A stretch of DNA of 64,000 bases from Streptosporangiaceae bacterium. Its GTDB lineage: Bacteria > Actinomycetota > Actinomycetes > Streptosporangiales > Streptosporangiaceae. The notes beneath the pieces are model-generated. The model did no database searches. It was not told the origin of the DNA and saw nothing but the letters and a program-made list of their open reading frames with translations. This document shows positions 8,101 through 17,310 of this stretch, piece after piece. The stretch is taken from contig JAOPYH010000305.1 of assembly GCA_025964715.1 (NCBI GenBank), forward strand, positions 7,485 through 71,484, read 5' to 3'. Every line of letters begins with the position of its first letter. Positions within the stretch are counted from its first letter, which is position 1. Made by a program: the position numbers and the translations under genes.

Positions 8101-10524
8101 AAGGTGGGCGATCTCGAAGCCGCCCGCCAGGCGTTCGAGCGCGCCGCGCTCCTGGACCCGGACAGCGCGGCCCATTCCATCCTCACCCTGGGTGACCGCC
8201 TGGAGCAGGCCGGCGACACCGCCGGTGCCCGAGCCGCCTTCGAACGCGCGGCCACGCTGGACGATCCGCAGGTGGCCGCCCGCGCCCGTGACCGGCTGGG
8301 CTCCGCGACGCCGGAGGAACGCGCCAGGATGCTGGCGGACAGCGGCGACCGGGCCGGAGCACTGGAGGCGTGGACGCAGCTGCACGGCTCGCCGGAGCTG
8401 GCCCGGCTGGCGCTGGCCCTGCACGAGGACGAGCCGGAGGCCGTACGCCCGCTGCTCGAGGGGCTGGTCGCCGAGCCGGAGCGCGCCGCACCGGCCCGCC
8501 GCCTCCTTGTCGCCGCGGCGCAGAACGAGACGCGCGGCGACGACGAGGAACGCGCTCACGCGCTCCTCGAGCTGGCCGTGGAGTTCGGTGACCCGCTCGA
8601 GGCGGCCCACACCACCATCGAGCTGGCCACGCTGGCCGCGGACGGCGGCGACCTGGTCCGGGCGGAGAGCCTGGGCCTGCGGGCGGCGGAGTGCGCAGAC
8701 CCCGAGCTGCGGGGACTGGCCTGGAGCAGCATCGCGACCTGGCGGCAGCGCCGCGGTGACGTCGCCGGGGCCATCGAAGCCGACCGGCGTGCGATGGACT
8801 CCGGCGACCCGTACGCGGTGGTCAGCGTGGCGCCGAACCTGGCCGCCCTGCTCGAGGAGAGCGGAGACGTCGACGGCGCCCGGGCCGTGCTCGGGAGCGG
8901 GTCGCTCGCGGAACACCCCGGCGCGACGTACTGTCTGCGCCTGCTGCTGGTGCTGCTCCTGCGGCACCACGACCTCGACGCCACGGCCACGGCCGCGGAG
9001 CGCGCGGTCGCCTCCGGGGATCCCGAGACGGTGGCGACCGGCCACTGGGCGGCGGCGCAGGCCCGCAAGGCCGCCGGCGACGCCGAGGGAGCCGTGCGAC
9101 TTTACCGCCAGGGCATCGAGGCCGGGCACCGCGAGACGGCCGCGAACCTCCGCGTCGACCTGGCCGAGGTGCTGCGCGCCACCGGCGAGACCGGCTCGGC
9201 CAAGCGGGAGCTCGGGCTGGCGCTGGCCTCACCCGTACCGGCGGCCGTGGCCGCGGCCGGCAACCGCCTCGGCGCCTGGCTCCATGAGGAGGGCGACCTG
9301 GCCGGCGCCGCGGAGGCGTTCGGCCGGGCGGCCACCGTGCACGCCGGTCCGGATCTGGGGCTGGTCGAATCGGCACGGGCCGGGGTGAACAACCTGATGA
9401 CCGTCGCGTATCAGGCGCACGAGGCGGCGCAGCACCCGGTCGCGCTCCGTGCGCTGCAGCTCGCGGCGCGAGCCTTCGGGGCGCAGGCCGCCGCGGGGGC
9501 GGGCGCCGGGGCCGGGCGGGGGCCCGAGGCGGTCGAGACGGCCAGGAAGTTCGCCGCCGGCTGTGCGCTGAGCGGGGATCCGGTCTCGGCGCGCCACTAC
9601 TATGACGCCGCGATGCGCTTCGACGCCGTGTCCGCCCCCTTCGTGGAGCTCGACCTCGCCGAGTTCATGGCCGATCAGGGCGAGCTCGCGGAGGCCCGAA
9701 AGATCTATGAGCGCCTGCACGGACACGAGGACGCGCAGGTGCGTTTCACCGCCGGCAACAGGCTCCTGACGCTGCTGAACCGGCACGGGGACGCGGACGG
9801 CGCCTACGCCCTGGCCGAGCAGCGGACCGGGGACACCGGGTCCCCGGCCGGCCCCATCCTCGCCAGCATGCTCGGCGTGATGCAGAGCGAGCGCGGCGAG
9901 GTCGCCGAGGCCCTGCGCACGCTGCGTACGGCGGCCGAGGGCGGACAGCCCATGGCGCTCTACACGCTGGCGCAGACGCTCGTCGAGGTGGGCGAGGTCG
10001 CGGAGGGCCGTGAGGTCTACGAGCAGGCGGCGGCGAGCGAGGACGCGGACCTGGCCTCCCGGGCGATGGTGGCCCTCGGCGGGACCTACCACGACGAGGA
10101 CGAACAGCGCGCCAGTGAGTGGTACCTGCGTGCGATCGAGGCCGGGCAGCCGCACACGTCGACGCTCGCGGCCATGTTCCTCGGGGCCTTCGCCAAGCGC
10201 CGGCGCAACCTGCCCGAGGCGGCACGGTGGTACCAGCGGGTGATCGACTCGGGTGATCGCTCCGAGGCGCCGCTGGCCGCGGCGCACCTGGGGGAGCTCT
10301 GCTATTGGCTCGGAGAGCGGGACGGCGCGGTGCGCTACTACGAGCACGCCCTCGCCACGACGGAGCAGTCCGACCTCGTGGGCGAGGCCGCCTACCGGCT
10401 CGGTGAGATCCGTCATCTGGACGGCGACGCCGCCGGCGCCCGGGCTCTGCTGACCCGAGCGGCGAAGACCGGCGACGCGCCCTTCGCCGGCCGGGCCCGG
10501 GACCTCCTCAACCGCCTCCCCTGA
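5167..10524 (+). CDS. Giant TPR/SEL1-like repeat protein (1785 aa)
   Basis: Continuous ~36-aa helical repeats (GDxxGARAAxxxAxxSG[DH]P...LG); purine-rich RBS; GC3-biased frame. Confidence 0.88.
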   Translation: MSSWADRLSAAIQSWEQGDLDRAATLLREVAASDVRDAAREATYLLAGVLEDQGDTEGARAAHRFVIDSGDPVLGQRSAISLGMLLINLHEWAAAHGSLTVASDGADSEIAALADAALVQVLTRLGDIAGARAAMERARRSESPEVAQLAAGLKLPERSTAELDAAAVRETYERGERLLAEGSHAAAEAVFRQLLTSGDPDLVSRAAFRLYQRYAARHEYEAAREVITRAIAVGHADHLATAHKLLGAVLFDLGEYARARDAYRRAAQDPRPELRLPALIEEAKLTAQLGDEEAAEAVFHRVIAAGHAEYALEAKACLGQLHTEAGQAGTALAFWREVLDSGDRRWAQTAVTSLAVLYDEVGADTLEREEIVATLRSTTEHPVPEAAFKARQVLDHAAMQKPLADPAAEQALQDTDGALERLRAGDLAGARALLHRAIDSELAYLSSRASTVLALLELGEGDAELADELLSDVADGSDAAQGFGAALLLHLLRSPGGERHPVLQAAMEHQRHGRELGMARYRAVARDGDPATAALATAMLAELLTAFGFEPATAAEMFRTVADAGDPLALSYTAVVFAEPLIHQSRLDEAVALLRRAAENGHPALAPWVAHALGKVLTDGDGAGLAEARASYERVLASGHPGLRLDAEAALTSVLERQGDLRALCELHERVVAGGDPVRAARSAWLLGFTRIRLDDLEGARAAFARIPQGHPDLAGDRVYAHHLLERDFDSATPAFAQIKALGEADRRYLMSSRLTLEAAHAWQRAGEIDAADRALSLVVADGHPVLSQEAAMYLGALRDDARDQIGAIVAWEKAAEGEDTWLALRATHGIGCARRALGDLEGAAEAFRRVMDEGEDEEYGADATRQLGEVLAQGGQVAAAREVFGRLSGPDAVIGLAAALHAAGDVGAAMEAYREVADGPDPGTAMVAAFNLATILDDQGDVPGAIAAAQRAMAAGEAAGDPRGTAQACHDLGGYLTKVGDLEAARQAFERAALLDPDSAAHSILTLGDRLEQAGDTAGARAAFERAATLDDPQVAARARDRLGSATPEERARMLADSGDRAGALEAWTQLHGSPELARLALALHEDEPEAVRPLLEGLVAEPERAAPARRLLVAAAQNETRGDDEERAHALLELAVEFGDPLEAAHTTIELATLAADGGDLVRAESLGLRAAECADPELRGLAWSSIATWRQRRGDVAGAIEADRRAMDSGDPYAVVSVAPNLAALLEESGDVDGARAVLGSGSLAEHPGATYCLRLLLVLLLRHHDLDATATAAERAVASGDPETVATGHWAAAQARKAAGDAEGAVRLYRQGIEAGHRETAANLRVDLAEVLRATGETGSAKRELGLALASPVPAAVAAAGNRLGAWLHEEGDLAGAAEAFGRAATVHAGPDLGLVESARAGVNNLMTVAYQAHEAAQHPVALRALQLAARAFGAQAAAGAGAGAGRGPEAVETARKFAAGCALSGDPVSARHYYDAAMRFDAVSAPFVELDLAEFMADQGELAEARKIYERLHGHEDAQVRFTAGNRLLTLLNRHGDADGAYALAEQRTGDTGSPAGPILASMLGVMQSERGEVAEALRTLRTAAEGGQPMALYTLAQTLVEVGEVAEGREVYEQAAASEDADLASRAMVALGGTYHDEDEQRASEWYLRAIEAGQPHTSTLAAMFLGAFAKRRRNLPEAARWYQRVIDSGDRSEAPLAAAHLGELCYWLGERDGAVRYYEHALATTEQSDLVGEAAYRLGEIRHLDGDAAGARALLTRAAKTGDAPFAGRARDLLNRLP

Positions 10525-11695
10525 TCTGGCCGGGGTGGCTCGGGTCTGAGGTGTGCCCGCTCTCCCTGAGGGTGGGCTCCGCGCGCGTCACGTGGGTGAT
10601 GTCCCGCTCGAGCTCGGCCACGGGGATGTAGGGGACCACGAACTCGTAGCGCGCCAGCACGTCCGGCGGCACCTCGTCCGACTCACCGAACGCGGCGATC
10701 TCGCCCCAGCAGGGGGCGCCGAGGGAGCCGCTGTGGTGGCGTACGGACAGCCCGCCGCACAGGTTGGCGAAGTTCAGCCCCTGCGCCAGCGGCCAGCCGG
10801 CCAGTGTCGCGAACACGAAGCCCGCCGCGAACACGTCGCCCGCGCCGGTCGGGTCCAGTGCCCGCACGGGCAGGGCAGGGGCACACGCGCGCCGCCCGGT
10901 GGCCGAGTCCATCGCGATGGCGCCCTGATCGCCCAGCTTCACCACCACGACCGGCACCCGGGCCGCCAACGCCTCGAGCGCGTCCTCCGGAGTGCGCGTA
11001 CGGGTGTAGGCCATCGCCTCGACCGCGTTCGGCAGGAAGACGTCGACCTGTTCCAGCCGGTCCAGGACATCGCCGGACCACGTCTCCGTCGGATCCCAGC
11101 CGACGTCGGCGAAGACCTTCGCTCCGGCCCGCCGCATGGCCGCGGCCCATGACGGGACAGGGCGGTCGATGTGGATGAAGCACGTACGGGCAGGTGGTGG
11201 GGTACCCACCGAGTCCTCGAGTGACAACGGCAGCGGCCGCGCGTAGGTGACCATGCTCCGGTCGGAGTCGTAGGCCAGCGAGACCGTCACCGGCGTCGAC
11301 CAGCCCGGCAGGCTGCGGGACCGGCTCAGATCGACGCCCTCCTGCTCGGCGAGGGTCCGCCAGAGGTAGGCACCGAACAGGTCGTCGCCCACCGCGGTGG
11401 CCAGCCCGACTCGCAGCCCCAGCCGGCTCATCGCCACGGCGATGTTGGCGATCCCGCCCGGGGCCGACCCGAGCCCGTCGGTGACGAGTTCGGTCCCCGG
11501 CGGCGGCAGCCCCGGCAGCCCCGTGAAGATCATGTCCATGAAGACCTGTCCGGACAGGAACACGTCCAGACCCTCGGCCTCGCCGTGCAGCCACTCGCCG
11601 ACGAGATCGCGCTCCGCACAGGGATCGGCCGCCGAGGGCTCGGGTGGGCCCTCCAGGCCATCCTCGAATGCCGGACCTTGCACGGTCGGGGCCAT
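10508..11695 (-). CDS. PfkB family carbohydrate kinase
   Basis: APGGIANIAVAMSRLG and DPTGAGDVFAAGF signatures; 3' end overlaps the TPR gene by 17 nt. Confidence 0.9.
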   Translation of the reverse strand: MAPTVQGPAFEDGLEGPPEPSAADPCAERDLVGEWLHGEAEGLDVFLSGQVFMDMIFTGLPGLPPPGTELVTDGLGSAPGGIANIAVAMSRLGLRVGLATAVGDDLFGAYLWRTLAEQEGVDLSRSRSLPGWSTPVTVSLAYDSDRSMVTYARPLPLSLEDSVGTPPPARTCFIHIDRPVPSWAAAMRRAGAKVFADVGWDPTETWSGDVLDRLEQVDVFLPNAVEAMAYTRTRTPEDALEALAARVPVVVVKLGDQGAIAMDSATGRRACAPALPVRALDPTGAGDVFAAGFVFATLAGWPLAQGLNFANLCGGLSVRHHSGSLGAPCWGEIAAFGESDEVPPDVLARYEFVVPYIPVAELERDITHVTRAEPTLRESGHTSDPSHPGQIRGGG

Positions 11696-11736
11696 CGTGC
11701 CTCCCCCATGAGGCTCAACGCCGACGACATTACCCC

Positions 11737-12456
11737 TTAGGCCGTCGCCGGGTCTCCCAGGTCGGGAGCCGTCGCCGTGAAGCGGGCCTCGACCCCCGCC
11801 CGTACGACCTGGTTCTGGGGCTCCAGGTCGATCGCCGGGGGCTCCGCCGCTGCTCCTCCGGCGGAGGTCGCGGCCATCATCCCGTACACCTGCTGGCCGC
11901 CTCCGTTATCGGTGCTGAGGCCCTCGTCGGAGAGCCGCAGGAGGCCGGTGAGCCGGCAGCCGAGCGCGTCGGCGTAGTCCTGCGCCCGATCGACGGCGGC
12001 CCGCACCGCCTGCTGCGCCGCGCGCCGGTAGACGTCGCTGTCGCGGCGCAGCGCCCACCATGGGCCGTGTACGGCGGTGAGCTCCAGGTCGCCGAGCCGG
12101 CTCACCAGTTCGCCCAGCACGGAGAAGTCCGCGACGGTGACGGTCGTGTGCACGGTCCCCTGGTAACGGTCGACCTTCTCGTCGCGCCGCCTGTCCCGCA
12201 CGATGGGGGAGATCGACAGCCCGGACGTCTCGAGCTGCTCCACCGCGTCGCCGTAGTCCTTGACCAGGTCCAGGCACTCGCGGTTGCGCTCGGTCAGCCG
12301 CTCGAGCGCGCGCCGCCGATCCTTGTCCCGGACGTTCACGTAGACGGTGAGCCGCGCGATCTCGGGTTGGACCTCGAGGGTGGCCTGTCCGCGCACGCTG
12401 ATGACGGGGGCGCCGGAGTCCGGACGCGAGGGTGAATCGCCAGTGGTGTGGGTCAT
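11737..12456 (-). CDS. SIMPL (DUF541) domain protein
   Basis: ISVRGQATLEVQPE start, AAVDRAQDYADALG helix, VRAGVEARF end. Confidence 0.8.
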   Translation of the reverse strand: MTHTTGDSPSRPDSGAPVISVRGQATLEVQPEIARLTVYVNVRDKDRRRALERLTERNRECLDLVKDYGDAVEQLETSGLSISPIVRDRRRDEKVDRYQGTVHTTVTVADFSVLGELVSRLGDLELTAVHGPWWALRRDSDVYRRAAQQAVRAAVDRAQDYADALGCRLTGLLRLSDEGLSTDNGGGQQVYGMMAATSAGGAAAEPPAIDLEPQNQVVRAGVEARFTATAPDLGDPATA

Positions 12457-12514
12457 TGCCCCACCTTTTCAACGCCACCGCCGGGAGGCCAGGGGGCGTG
12501 ACCGCGAGATCGGG

Positions 12515-13702
12515 CTACAGGAACGTGTGCCCCTCGCCGCGGTAGGTCGGCACGGCACCGATCACCTCGTCGCCCTCGAGCAGATGCAGCTCGGCGAAGT
12601 GCTCGCACAGCTCTCCGGCCTTGGTGTGGCGGAACCAGACCCGGTCGCCGACGTGGAGGAGGTCGGCCGTCGCACCGAGCAGCGGGGTCTGCACCTCACC
12701 GGCCCCCTCGTTGGAGTCGTAGGACAACCCGGTCGGGAGGTAGGCCTGGGGGAGCCGGATCTCGTCGCCGGGCCCCGAGGCCAGGTAGCCGCCGCCGAGG
12801 CAGGTCACGACACCCGGGCCGGGCCGCCGTACGACCGGCAGGGCGAACACCGCCGCGGGCCGGCCTCGGAAGTTGGAGTAGTGGTCGAACAGGTGCGGCT
12901 GGTAGAGGCCGGAGCCCGCCGCCACCTCGGTGACCGCCCGTTCGGAGGCGGTCTTCTCCACGCTCCCGGTGCCGCCGCCGTTGACGAACTCGAGATCCGG
13001 CTGTACGGCCTGGACCGCCTTGACGATCGCTGCCCTCCGGCGGGCGAGTTCGATGCGCGACCGCGACTGCATGGCGCGGATCACCCGGCCTCGGGCGGGC
13101 TTGCCCGGCGGCCTGTCTCCGACCCCGGCGATCTGGGACTCATAGGCCATGATGCCGACCAGGCTCAGGCCGGGACGCCGGGTGATCTCCTCGGCCAGCG
13201 CGGCGGCCTGCCCGGGCGTGAAGACGGGGGAGCGGCGGGCGCCGACGCGCAGCGCGCCGCCGAGCGCGCGGAAGGCGGCGTCGATGTCGAGGCAGACCCG
13301 GACGGGACGGCCTCCGGTGGCCTTGTCGATGAGGTCGAGGTGCTCCACCGAGTCCACCATGATCGTGATCGTCGCCGCCGCGCGGTCGTCGTCGGCCAGC
13401 CTGCCGAGCGCGCTGTGGTCCGTGGTCGGGTAGGCGACGAGGATGTCGTCACTGACGCGCCGCTCGGTCAGCCAGAGCGCTTCCGGGAGGGTGAAGGCCA
13501 TGACCCCGGCGAAGCCGTCCATCGCCAGGACCTGCTCCAGGAGGCCACGGCAGCGTACGGACTTGCTCGCGACCCGGATCGGTTTGCCCTTCGCCCGGCG
13601 GACCAGGTCCGCCGCGTTGGCCCGGAAGGCGTCGAGGTCGACCAGTGCGAACGGCGGCTCCAGACCAGAGGTCGTGCTGTCGTAGCGCTGCCGGAGGTCC
13701 AT
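12515..13702 (-). CDS. PLP-dependent amino acid deaminase/aldolase (alanine-racemase fold)
   Basis: IRVASKSVR, MAYESQIAG, NGGGTGS, EVAAGSG and RHTKAGELCE motifs. Confidence 0.85.
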   Translation of the reverse strand: MDLRQRYDSTTSGLEPPFALVDLDAFRANAADLVRRAKGKPIRVASKSVRCRGLLEQVLAMDGFAGVMAFTLPEALWLTERRVSDDILVAYPTTDHSALGRLADDDRAAATITIMVDSVEHLDLIDKATGGRPVRVCLDIDAAFRALGGALRVGARRSPVFTPGQAAALAEEITRRPGLSLVGIMAYESQIAGVGDRPPGKPARGRVIRAMQSRSRIELARRRAAIVKAVQAVQPDLEFVNGGGTGSVEKTASERAVTEVAAGSGLYQPHLFDHYSNFRGRPAAVFALPVVRRPGPGVVTCLGGGYLASGPGDEIRLPQAYLPTGLSYDSNEGAGEVQTPLLGATADLLHVGDRVWFRHTKAGELCEHFAELHLLEGDEVIGAVPTYRGEGHTFL

Positions 13703-13733
13703 GCAGGTCAGCGTGCCACAAAGTCGACAAATA

Positions 13734-13746
13734 TGAACACAGTTCA
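13734..13746. promoter_or_regulatory. Palindromic operator candidate TGAAC-ACA-GTTCA
   Basis: Perfect 5-bp inverted repeat ~30 nt upstream of the deaminase start. Confidence 0.45.
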
Positions 13747-13822
13747 CCTTCATCTCGACCATGAATACGCGGCAGGAAACCTCCCATACCCCGCGCGTCC
13801 CAGGTGCCCCGGACGTGTGCGG

Positions 13823-14947
13823 TCAGGTCCCCTCGGCGAGGACCCTGCTCTCCCACTCGCGGCCGAGCCGCTCGGCGTCGATCCTGGTGATGTCGATCTC
13901 GCGCACCGGGGCGTACGAGCGGGCCGGCAGCCAGCTTTTCCGGGCCCGGCCGGGCAGCTTGAGGTCCCCGTTGAGATAGCGGATCGGGCGGGCGCCGGCC
14001 GTGGCGAACTGGATCTGCGCCTTGTCGCTGAGCACGTAATCCATGAAGCTCTTCAGAAAGTCGGCCTTCGCCGTGTTGTACCTGTTGATCATGAGGCCGG
14101 ACGGACCCCACACCGACCCGTCGGACGGGATCACGACTTTGATCTTGTAGGTCCTCGCCTTGGCCCGCTGGGCGATGCCGCTGAAGTCGAAGTCGATCTG
14201 GATCGGCGAAGCGCCGCTCTTCAGCGCGGTCTTGTTCAACGGCCCGGTGCTGAGGTTGCCGGCCCGCTTCAGCCGGGCGAAGAAGTCGTATCCGGGCCCG
14301 AGATCGTTCACCGCGCCGCCGTTGGCGATGGCGGCGGCGATGAGCATGTACTGTCCGGTGCCGTACTCCCGCGGGTCCCTGATCGCGATCATGCCCTTGT
14401 ACTCCGGCTTCAGCAGGTCGGCCCAGCTCTTCGGCGGATGCTTCACCTTGTTGGTGTTGACCACGAAGGCGATGGAGCCCGCGAACGTGGCGACCCAGCC
14501 ACCGCGCCTGCCACGCTGCCAGTCCTTGAGGCCGTCGGCTCCGCGCGGCAGATAATCCGGCACGACCCCCTTGGCCTCGGCGACGGGACCCCACAGCAGC
14601 CCGATGTCGCCGGCGGTGCCCACCGCGGTCTCCTGTTCCGCGTCGAACAGCTGGATCTCCTCGAGGGAGGACATCTTCGTGCTGGTGCGGGCGCACGCCG
14701 CCTTGTGCGCCGCACAGAAGGATGCGATCACCTCGCCGTAGCCGGCCCAGTCGTCGGGCAGGCCATAGGTCGTGAGGTCGGCGCCCTGCGCGGCCACCTT
14801 GGCGGCGTCAGGGGCCGCTTTCCAGTCGAAGCCGGTGATCCTGGCGTCCGCCGGGTCCGGGACATTCCATTTCGTGGTGCCGCAGCCCGCGAGGCTCAGG
14901 AGTGCTCCCACGCTGAGTGCGGCGACGAGCGTACGCGGGGTCCTCAT
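13823..14947 (-). CDS. ABC transporter substrate-binding lipoprotein (iron/polyamine/phosphonate-type SBP)
   Basis: Lipobox LAGC; PKSWADLLKPEYKG; VIPSDG. Confidence 0.85.
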   Translation of the reverse strand: MRTPRTLVAALSVGALLSLAGCGTTKWNVPDPADARITGFDWKAAPDAAKVAAQGADLTTYGLPDDWAGYGEVIASFCAAHKAACARTSTKMSSLEEIQLFDAEQETAVGTAGDIGLLWGPVAEAKGVVPDYLPRGADGLKDWQRGRRGGWVATFAGSIAFVVNTNKVKHPPKSWADLLKPEYKGMIAIRDPREYGTGQYMLIAAAIANGGAVNDLGPGYDFFARLKRAGNLSTGPLNKTALKSGASPIQIDFDFSGIAQRAKARTYKIKVVIPSDGSVWGPSGLMINRYNTAKADFLKSFMDYVLSDKAQIQFATAGARPIRYLNGDLKLPGRARKSWLPARSYAPVREIDITRIDAERLGREWESRVLAEGT

Positions 14948-15159
14948 GGGCCACCCTTCCGGTTCCTCGGGCTATCTGGGCACCGACGATCTCGAACAGA
15001 GATCTTGAGGTTCGAAATTATCGTGTCGAAGGATGGCATATCGCTTCTTTGCTGGCTAAGGGGGCGACTCGGACATAGTCGACCGGCACGGCTCCCATGG
15101 CGACGGGACGTAGGCTCATGAACCTGAGGTCGGACGCCCCGGACAACGCAGAGAGCGAA

Positions 15160-16014
15160 ATGGTGAGCGCTGAATATGTCTTGACGCTGTCCTGCCCGGA
15201 CCGGCCGGGCATCGTCTCCGCGGTCTCCGGCGTGCTCGCCGAGCGGGGGTGCAACATCCTGGAGAGCCAGCAGTACGGCGACCGCGACACCGGCCGGTTC
15301 TTCATGCGCGTGCAGTTCGCGGCCGAGCAGGAGAACGGCGAGAACGAACTACGTGCTGCCTTCGCCGCCCTGGGGCCGGAGCTCACCCTCGACTGGCGGC
15401 TGCACGACACCCGGACCCGTCCGCGCGTGCTGATCATGGTGTCCAAGGGCGGGCACTGCCTCAACGACCTGCTCTACCGGCAGCGGTCCGGCCTGCTGGA
15501 CATCGACGTGGTGGCCGTGGTGTCGAACCACCCGGCGCTGCGCCCGCTGGCCCAGTCCTACGGGCTGGACTTCCACCACCTGCCCATGGCCCCGGGCGGC
15601 AAGGTGGCGCAGGAGGCGGAGGTCCTCGCGCTGGTCCAGCACTACCAGGCCGATCTCGTGGTGCTCGCCCGCTACATGCAGATCCTGTCCGACGACCTGT
15701 GCTCAAAGCTCGAGGGCAAAGTGATCAACATCCATCACTCCTTCCTGCCGAGCTTCAAGGGCGCCAAGCCCTACCACCAGGCGCATGCCCGGGGTGTGAA
15801 GCTCATCGGCGCGACGGCCCACTACGTCACGCCCGATCTCGACGAAGGCCCCATCATCGAGCAGGAAGTCGCCCGGGTCGATCACGCGCAAGGCCCCGCG
15901 GACCTCATGGCGGTGGGCCGCGACATGGAGTGTCTCGCGCTGGCCAAGGCGGTCCGCTGGCACGCCGAGCACCGCATCCTCCTCAACGGCGCCAAAACCG
16001 TCATCTTCCGCTGA
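15160..16014 (+). CDS. purU: Formyltetrahydrofolate deformylase
   Basis: ACT domain CPDRPGIV; LARYMQIL, INIHHSFLP, GATAHYVT and DEGPIIEQ motifs. Confidence 0.96.
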   Translation: MVSAEYVLTLSCPDRPGIVSAVSGVLAERGCNILESQQYGDRDTGRFFMRVQFAAEQENGENELRAAFAALGPELTLDWRLHDTRTRPRVLIMVSKGGHCLNDLLYRQRSGLLDIDVVAVVSNHPALRPLAQSYGLDFHHLPMAPGGKVAQEAEVLALVQHYQADLVVLARYMQILSDDLCSKLEGKVINIHHSFLPSFKGAKPYHQAHARGVKLIGATAHYVTPDLDEGPIIEQEVARVDHAQGPADLMAVGRDMECLALAKAVRWHAEHRILLNGAKTVIFR

Positions 16015-16157
16015 GGTCTGCTACGCGGGTCAGTGCGTCCGCGAAGAACTGCGAGATCGCGGCTGTAAACGCGGGTCGCGGTGTTAGGCCAGCCCCCTGG
16101 TTTACGCCAGACTGTGCGGCGTCGGGCGAGGGCCCGATGTGCCACGGGGGAGGCGCG

Positions 16158-16772
16158 ATGGGGGAGACCCTTGTCACGGAGAGGTTCGGGGACACGGGGT
16201 CGCGGCTGGCGGCACGCCGGGTCGCCCTACGTGAATTCCGTCCGCGCCGGGTGACCGCCGAGCTCTGCGCGGCCGCACTCCTGACCGTATCCGGGGCGCT
16301 GACCGCACTCGAGGTCGTCTCACGCCTCATCGGACGGCCGACGCATGAGGGTTTCGTGGCCCAGGCCGCCGCTGCCTTACGTGAGCTGCGCTGGAACGAC
16401 CCACCGACTCTGCTGGCCGCCGCCGGGCTTGCTGCCGCCGGACTCGGCCTGATGCTGCTCGGGACGCTCCCCGGCCGTACCCGGATGGAGCCTCTGCGGG
16501 GGACCGACCCGGAGGTCGCGGCCGCCATCACGCGATCCGGCCTGCGGCGGTCACTGGCCACCGCGGCGCTCGGTGTGCCCGGGATCGGCCGCGTCACCGT
16601 ACGACTGCACGGTCGCGTCCGGCGGCGGATCGTCGTACACGCCACCACGCACTACCGCAACCCCGGCAACCTCGCCGACCTGGTCGGCACCGCTGCCGCG
16701 GTCCGGCTGGAGGAGATCGACCCGATCCGATGGCGGCGCTTGGTCGTACGGCTCAGGTGGAGACAGGACTGA
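16158..16772 (+). CDS. DUF6286-like membrane protein (Asp23-associated type)
   Basis: GGAGG RBS, two TM helices, PGR motif, C-terminal alpha/beta segment; precedes AmaP-like gene. Confidence 0.6.
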   Translation: MGETLVTERFGDTGSRLAARRVALREFRPRRVTAELCAAALLTVSGALTALEVVSRLIGRPTHEGFVAQAAAALRELRWNDPPTLLAAAGLAAAGLGLMLLGTLPGRTRMEPLRGTDPEVAAAITRSGLRRSLATAALGVPGIGRVTVRLHGRVRRRIVVHATTHYRNPGNLADLVGTAAAVRLEEIDPIRWRRLVVRLRWRQD

Positions 16773-16773
16773 C

Positions 16774-17310
16774 ATGCGCTACGGGCTCACGCTGACCGGT
16801 CTCGGGCTCACCGTCTGCGGTGCCGCCGCGCTGGGCCTGGGACTCGGGGCCTTCGATCCGGCGCTCGCCGCCCGCGGGGTGCTGGACCCGGCGGTGTCCC
16901 GGTTCGCCGACCGTAGCTCCTGGTTCTGGCCGGCTGTCGCGGGGGCCGGCGTGTCCGTCGCACTCGTCGGACTGCTCTGGCTGCTGGCCCGAGGGCGCGC
17001 GGCCGTCCTCCGGCGGGTGACCCTGACCCGCCGGGCCGCGCGAGCGCGCGTGCGGGCGGCGGGTGCCGGCCTGGTCGAGGATCTCCGTGCTGTGCCGGGG
17101 GTGCGGGACGCCCGGTTCCGGCTCAGCGGATCGGCGGCATGGTCGCGGCTCCTCATCTCGGTGACCTGTGACGAGGACGCCGACCTCGCACTGGTCCGCG
17201 GTCACCTCGGCCAGGACTGCCTGATGCGGGTGCGCGCGGAGCTCGAGATGTATGAGGTTCCGGCGGTTGTCCGGTTCCGCCTGATATGTGGTGAAGTAGC
17301 GGCTCGCTAA
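16774..17310 (+). CDS. Alkaline-shock membrane anchor AmaP-like protein
   Basis: Two N-terminal TMs with WFWP motif, VPGVRDARFRL domain; starts 1 nt after upstream stop. Confidence 0.55.
   Translation: MRYGLTLTGLGLTVCGAAALGLGLGAFDPALAARGVLDPAVSRFADRSSWFWPAVAGAGVSVALVGLLWLLARGRAAVLRRVTLTRRAARARVRAAGAGLVEDLRAVPGVRDARFRLSGSAAWSRLLISVTCDEDADLALVRGHLGQDCLMRVRAELEMYEVPAVVRFRLICGEVAAR

Noticed and set aside
5119-10416. Long minus-strand ORFs antisense to the TPR gene (799, 533, 395 aa)
   Set aside because: Shadow frames typical of high-GC coding DNA; no motifs; the plus frame carries the repeats
14992-15015. TCGAAC...GTTCGA resembling a LexA box
   Set aside because: Spacer is 12 nt rather than 4; more likely a hairpin or chance
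12347-15121. 924-aa plus-strand ORF
   Set aside because: Antisense to well-supported genes; no recognisable domain
15030-15159. Possible ZMP/ZTP riboswitch upstream of purU
   Set aside because: Conserved GACTGGCG and CGCCTGGG elements not found
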